Source: Heteronotia binoei
Lineage: Eukaryota
Reading direction: 5' to 3'
Assembly (NCBI RefSeq): GCF_032191835.1
Contig: NC_083234.1
Coordinates: forward strand, 45,322,001 to 45,386,000
Length of the DNA: 64,000 bases
The notes under the pieces were generated by a model that had not been told where the DNA came from, ran no database searches, and saw only the letters and a program-made list of their open reading frames with translations. Shown here in pieces: positions 60,011 through 64,000 of this stretch. Position 1 is the first letter of the stretch. Each line of letters opens with the position of its first letter. Position numbers and translations under genes: made by a program.

Positions 60011-60964
60011 GCATGCTGTTGACCGCTCTGCAACAGCAAGAGTTCAAAATATCTCAGCAGCTGCAGCATGCGAAATGGCAGGCTGCACTGCACGGTGCAC
60101 TCAAGAAGCATTCATTCCCCAGTTAAATCTCCCTTCCCAAAATTCCTTGCCATAGTTTTTGACTACTGGGACTGTAATGGGTAGAATGATATGCCTCCAT
60201 TTAACAGTGTATTACCTAACAGTGTTAGGTAACCAGCAACTGTGGCCTAAATCTGGCTCCCTGAGGACCTGTTGCTCACCCAGCAGCAAAGGCAATAATA
60301 TACTGCCACAAGTATAACAAATTTCTGGGATTGCTGGTCTAGCCTACAGTCTCCTCCCACTTTCTTTTTTAAAAAACCCTCTGCATATTCTAGTTGCTGA
60401 CTGACTGGGGACATGAGGTATACTTGCAAAGGTAGCCTTGCCCATTTTTAAGCTGCTCACCCTTAGCTGGCCGTTTAATATCAGTTTGATTTGCTAGTAC
60501 TTATCAGATCATGTATTTAACATCATGCTATGGAAAGTTCAACTGGCTATTTTCACTCCCTAGACAACTATTCAAGGGATATGACCTCCTCTCCCCCCCC
60601 CCTAATAGCAAAAGGCCATCTTGGACAAAGCATTTGAAGTGAGAATAGGCACAAAGATCCACACTGAAGCAGGACCCTGTACAAGCAGCACATGAGTAAT
60701 AATTCCTGAAAATTCCTTCCTATTCTCTCTCTCTTCTCACTCACCTTTTTAAACTATTTTCTGCTGAGTAATAGCTGGCAAGCATCACCTATTTTCTACT
60801 GAGTCATAGCTGACAAGCATCACAGCAAAGGCATAACTATTTTTTACAAAGGGCAGGAGAGAGAAAGGATCCAGGACTGTAAATACCGCCTCCTCTGTTC
60901 AGGGATGCAAAACAGCTGAAGCCCCTCTGCCTACTTCTCACAATTAGTGCCATGTTAATGTAGA

Positions 60965-61143
60965 AAAGAAGAAGAGTTGGTTTTTATACCCTGTTTCTTT
61001 CTACCCAAAGGAGTCTCAAGCAGCTTACAATTGTCTTCCCTTCCTCTCCCCACAACAGCCACCTTATGAAGAAGGTGGGGCTGAGAGAGTTCTGAGAACT
61101 GTGACTGGCCCAAGGTCATTCAGCAGGTTTCATGTGGAGGAGT
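60965..61143 (-). mobile_element. Squam3-type SINE lacking the head
   Basis: gaagaagagttggtttttatacc...gtggaggagt. Confidence 0.75.
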
Positions 61144-61276
61144 AATGTGATGTCAGCACAACAGCACATCTCTTCCTATCCAGACTGGCTCGTGAAGGCA
61201 TTGAACAGTTTAATTTAAGGCATCTGCACCAGTCTGGTGCACAAAAAAAGGGCCCATTACACAAGTTGTTTTCACC

Positions 61277-61765
61277 TAGGGTTGCCAAGTCCAACTCAAG
61301 AAACATCTGGGGACTCTGGAGGTGGAGCCAGGAAACTTTGGGGGTGCAGCCATGATCAAGGTGTGGCAAGCACAATTGAACTCTGAAGGGAGTTCTGGCC
61401 ATCACATTTAAAGGGACCACACTCTTTTTAAATGCCTTTCCTCCATCTGGAATAATGAAGGATAGAGCACCTTCTTTAGGGGATCATAGAATTGGACCCC
61501 CTGGTCCAATCTGTTTTGAGGAGAGTCACCAGATGCTATGCTGAAAATGTGGTGCCTCTACCTCAAAAAACACCCTCCCTGAGTCCCAGATACTAATGAA
61601 TCAATTTTCCATTATACCCTATGGGAACTGGTCTCCATAAGAAATAATGGAGTGCCCAGCAGACATTTCCCTCCCCCTCATCTCGCACTTTCTGATAACC
61701 CTGAAGTGGGGGGAGGGCCTCCAAACTGGGGATCCCCTGCACCCACCTGAGGATTGGCAGCTCTG
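61277..61765. mobile_element. Long tagggttgcca-family hAT element with 8-bp TSD
   Basis: ttttcacc at 61269-61276 and 61766-61773; TIR tagggttgcca / tggcagctctg. Confidence 0.85.
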
Positions 61766-64000
61766 TTTTCACCGACTGCAGGAGACTCTTGACTTGTCCT
61801 TTGGGAATGTATGACTGCCCTTACCTGTAAGTAACATGGAACTCCCTTCTAAGTAAATAAACATATGCTAGAGGTAACTGTGTTATTCTGGTGCAAGCAA
61901 AAGAACAAACACTTCTATGGCATTTTAAAGACTAATGCACTGATTGTGGCATAAGTTTTAATGAGCCAGAATCCATGTCATCAGATGCCTGAAGTTGACA
62001 GATACATCTGTATACAAGTGGCAGCCTGCAACATTCTATTGCCCTCTGTTTTAAACTGATTCCTCCCTTCCCCTCCAACCCCAGTTCAATAGGACAATTT
62101 CCCTGCACGTCTGCATTTCGTAGCTTCAGGGCCTCAAGTAGTGTTGCCAGCTCCAGGTGGGGAAATTGCTAGAGATTTGGGCACTTCAGCAGGGTGTAAT
62201 GCCATAGAGTCTGCCTTCTGAAACAGCCATTTTCTCCAAAGGAACTGATTTCTGTCATCTGGAAATAAGTTGTTATTCCAGGAGATCTTTCGGCTCTGCC
62301 TAGAGGTTGGCAACCCTAGCTTGATGATGATCCTAGTTTAAACATGACTGTTTAAAATTGAAGCTGGGAAGTTGATCCCATAGGGAAAATTGCCCTATGG
62401 TGCTGGAATGCCCTTCCAATAGCAGTTCTGCAGTCAAATTTCCAGGGTTATGGCTTGAAGAATTCCTGAACCTGAATTATTTGGTTTGCAATGCTATGGG
62501 GAAATTTCCCCCCAGCATTGCTGATAGGGTGGATGTTGGTAAAGTTTTTTGCTCAGCAAGTCCCATCTCCATCCGCCAACAACAGAGCTATAGTGAATTC
62601 CACCAGATGGTTGGAGACACAACCATGGCCCTCCAATTCCTGTCTGCAGGTGGTTCTGTCTTGCTACCATTGTGATAGGCACTTTAAGGTACTGCATGGA
62701 TTTTATTGGTTTTGAACTGAAACATGACCCTACCTTAGGCCTTGAAATGCTCAGAGTCAGAAGAACAGCAGGCATATAAATATTTTAAATAAACTTTGGA
62801 TTGTGGGGGCGGGGTGGGGGGTGGGAAACCATGCTGGACAGGGCCGGATTAACAATAAGGCAAACTGGGCACCTGCCTGTGGACCCCGCAACGTCAGGGG
62901 CGCTGGGGCAGCTTCCCCTCCCCCCATTTTCATAGCCGGCATGTTCCTCTCTGCCCTCCTGTAGTGCTGTGGGGACTGGTGGGGGCAGGGAAAGCATGTC
63001 AGCTGCCCTCCCCTGCGGCCGGACCTGACATAGTGGCCCTTGGGGCTGTAGCTGCCAGCCGCCTGCTCTGCTGGCTTCCATAGAGCAGCTGTAGCCTGCA
63101 AGAGCAGCTAGCCAAAAGCAGAGCTACTTCCTCAGCACCTCCTCTGCATTGGCTCTGGGGATTTAGCAGCAGCAGGCTGAGACTCTGGGGCTGCTCTTTG
63201 CCGGCAGCAGCACAACTCTGCCCCCACCCCCTTTCCCTTTTGTCATGTGTGTGAATCAGGCAGGGAAGAGGGTAAACAGGACAGGAGAGAGAGAGAGCGC
63301 GCATTGCCCAAGCTAAAGGGCCTCATAGAATAAACTGCAGCAAGCTGTGGGGGGAAGATATCAGCAGACCACAGGTAACTGTGTTTTGGTGGAGAGGAGG
63401 GTTTGGTATAGCTTGGTCTGCTCCCCAGCCTATGGCAAGGGAGGGTGAGTAGTGTGGGCTGTAGTGACTTCTTGGCCCGATACAGGGGAGCTTGTGCATT
63501 GTGAGGAGAAAGGAGCTGTGGATTTCTCCAAGAGGCTGCTGGGCAGAAAGACTTGTTGTGAGGGCAGTCCCTGCTGCAAAAACTTAAGTGATTGGCATGC
63601 ACACGAAAGCTGATATTCTGAATAAAACTTTGTTGGTCTTAAAGATGCTACTGGACTCCTACTTTGGTCTGAGTGATTGGCTGTTTGTAGGGCTTGGAGT
63701 CATGTTGTTATTTACTGTTGCTTGTATGTGGCCTGATTTTGCAGTCGTTGACATGAGCCACACATATGCGCACGCACACACACAGTACAAACACAAGAAG
63801 GATGGAGTGGGAGACTGGGTTACAAAATGAGGCTAAGAGATCAAACAATCAAAGAAAGAGAGATATAACATAATTACGCAGAGTATATATGAAAGTAAGA
63901 TCCAGACAAAAGATAAAACATATAATCCCAAGGGAGTATAGACCACTTTTGCTCTGCCAGAAAATATTTTTGAGATAAGGGAAGTGGATTTAAAAAAATA

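Noticed and set aside
30400-64000. Expected syntenic neighbours DKK4, POLB, SH2D6 and GGCX
   Set aside because: No exon translating to their characteristic motifs was found by eye. A tblastn search would be needed to exclude highly diverged exons.

Overview
Vertebrate genomic DNA from a squamate reptile; the repeat landscape (Squam3, Squam2 and Sauria SINEs, CR1, L2, RTE-BovB, many hAT-type MITEs) points to a gecko. Two protein-coding genes are confidently recognised, both on the minus strand and in tandem. (1) The 5' part of VDAC3: five coding exons at 6328->1193 giving residues 1-183, with the promoter CpG island at about 12.7-13.5 kb; the 3' exons lie off the left edge. (2) A complete 9-exon MAT2A (S-adenosylmethionine synthase 2; 1176-nt CDS, 391 aa, ATG at 29455, stop at 22457) with a TATA box, a CpG island and a ~1.4-kb 3'UTR. 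The MAT2A SAM-feedback apparatus is visible in the sequence: six METTL16 hairpins (UACAGARAA), one or two extra decayed hairpins, and a last intron with a weak 3' splice site and an immediate stop codon. The most novel-looking signals are a 3-nt microexon in VDAC3 that reads CTG (Leu) instead of the mammalian ATG (Met), apparent hairpin turnover in the MAT2A 3'UTR, and a perfect RFX X-box at 54.55 kb flanked by divergent splice donors. The X-box sits in a 34-kb region (30.4-64 kb) where I could not recognise any protein-coding gene. All calls were made by eye without database searches.
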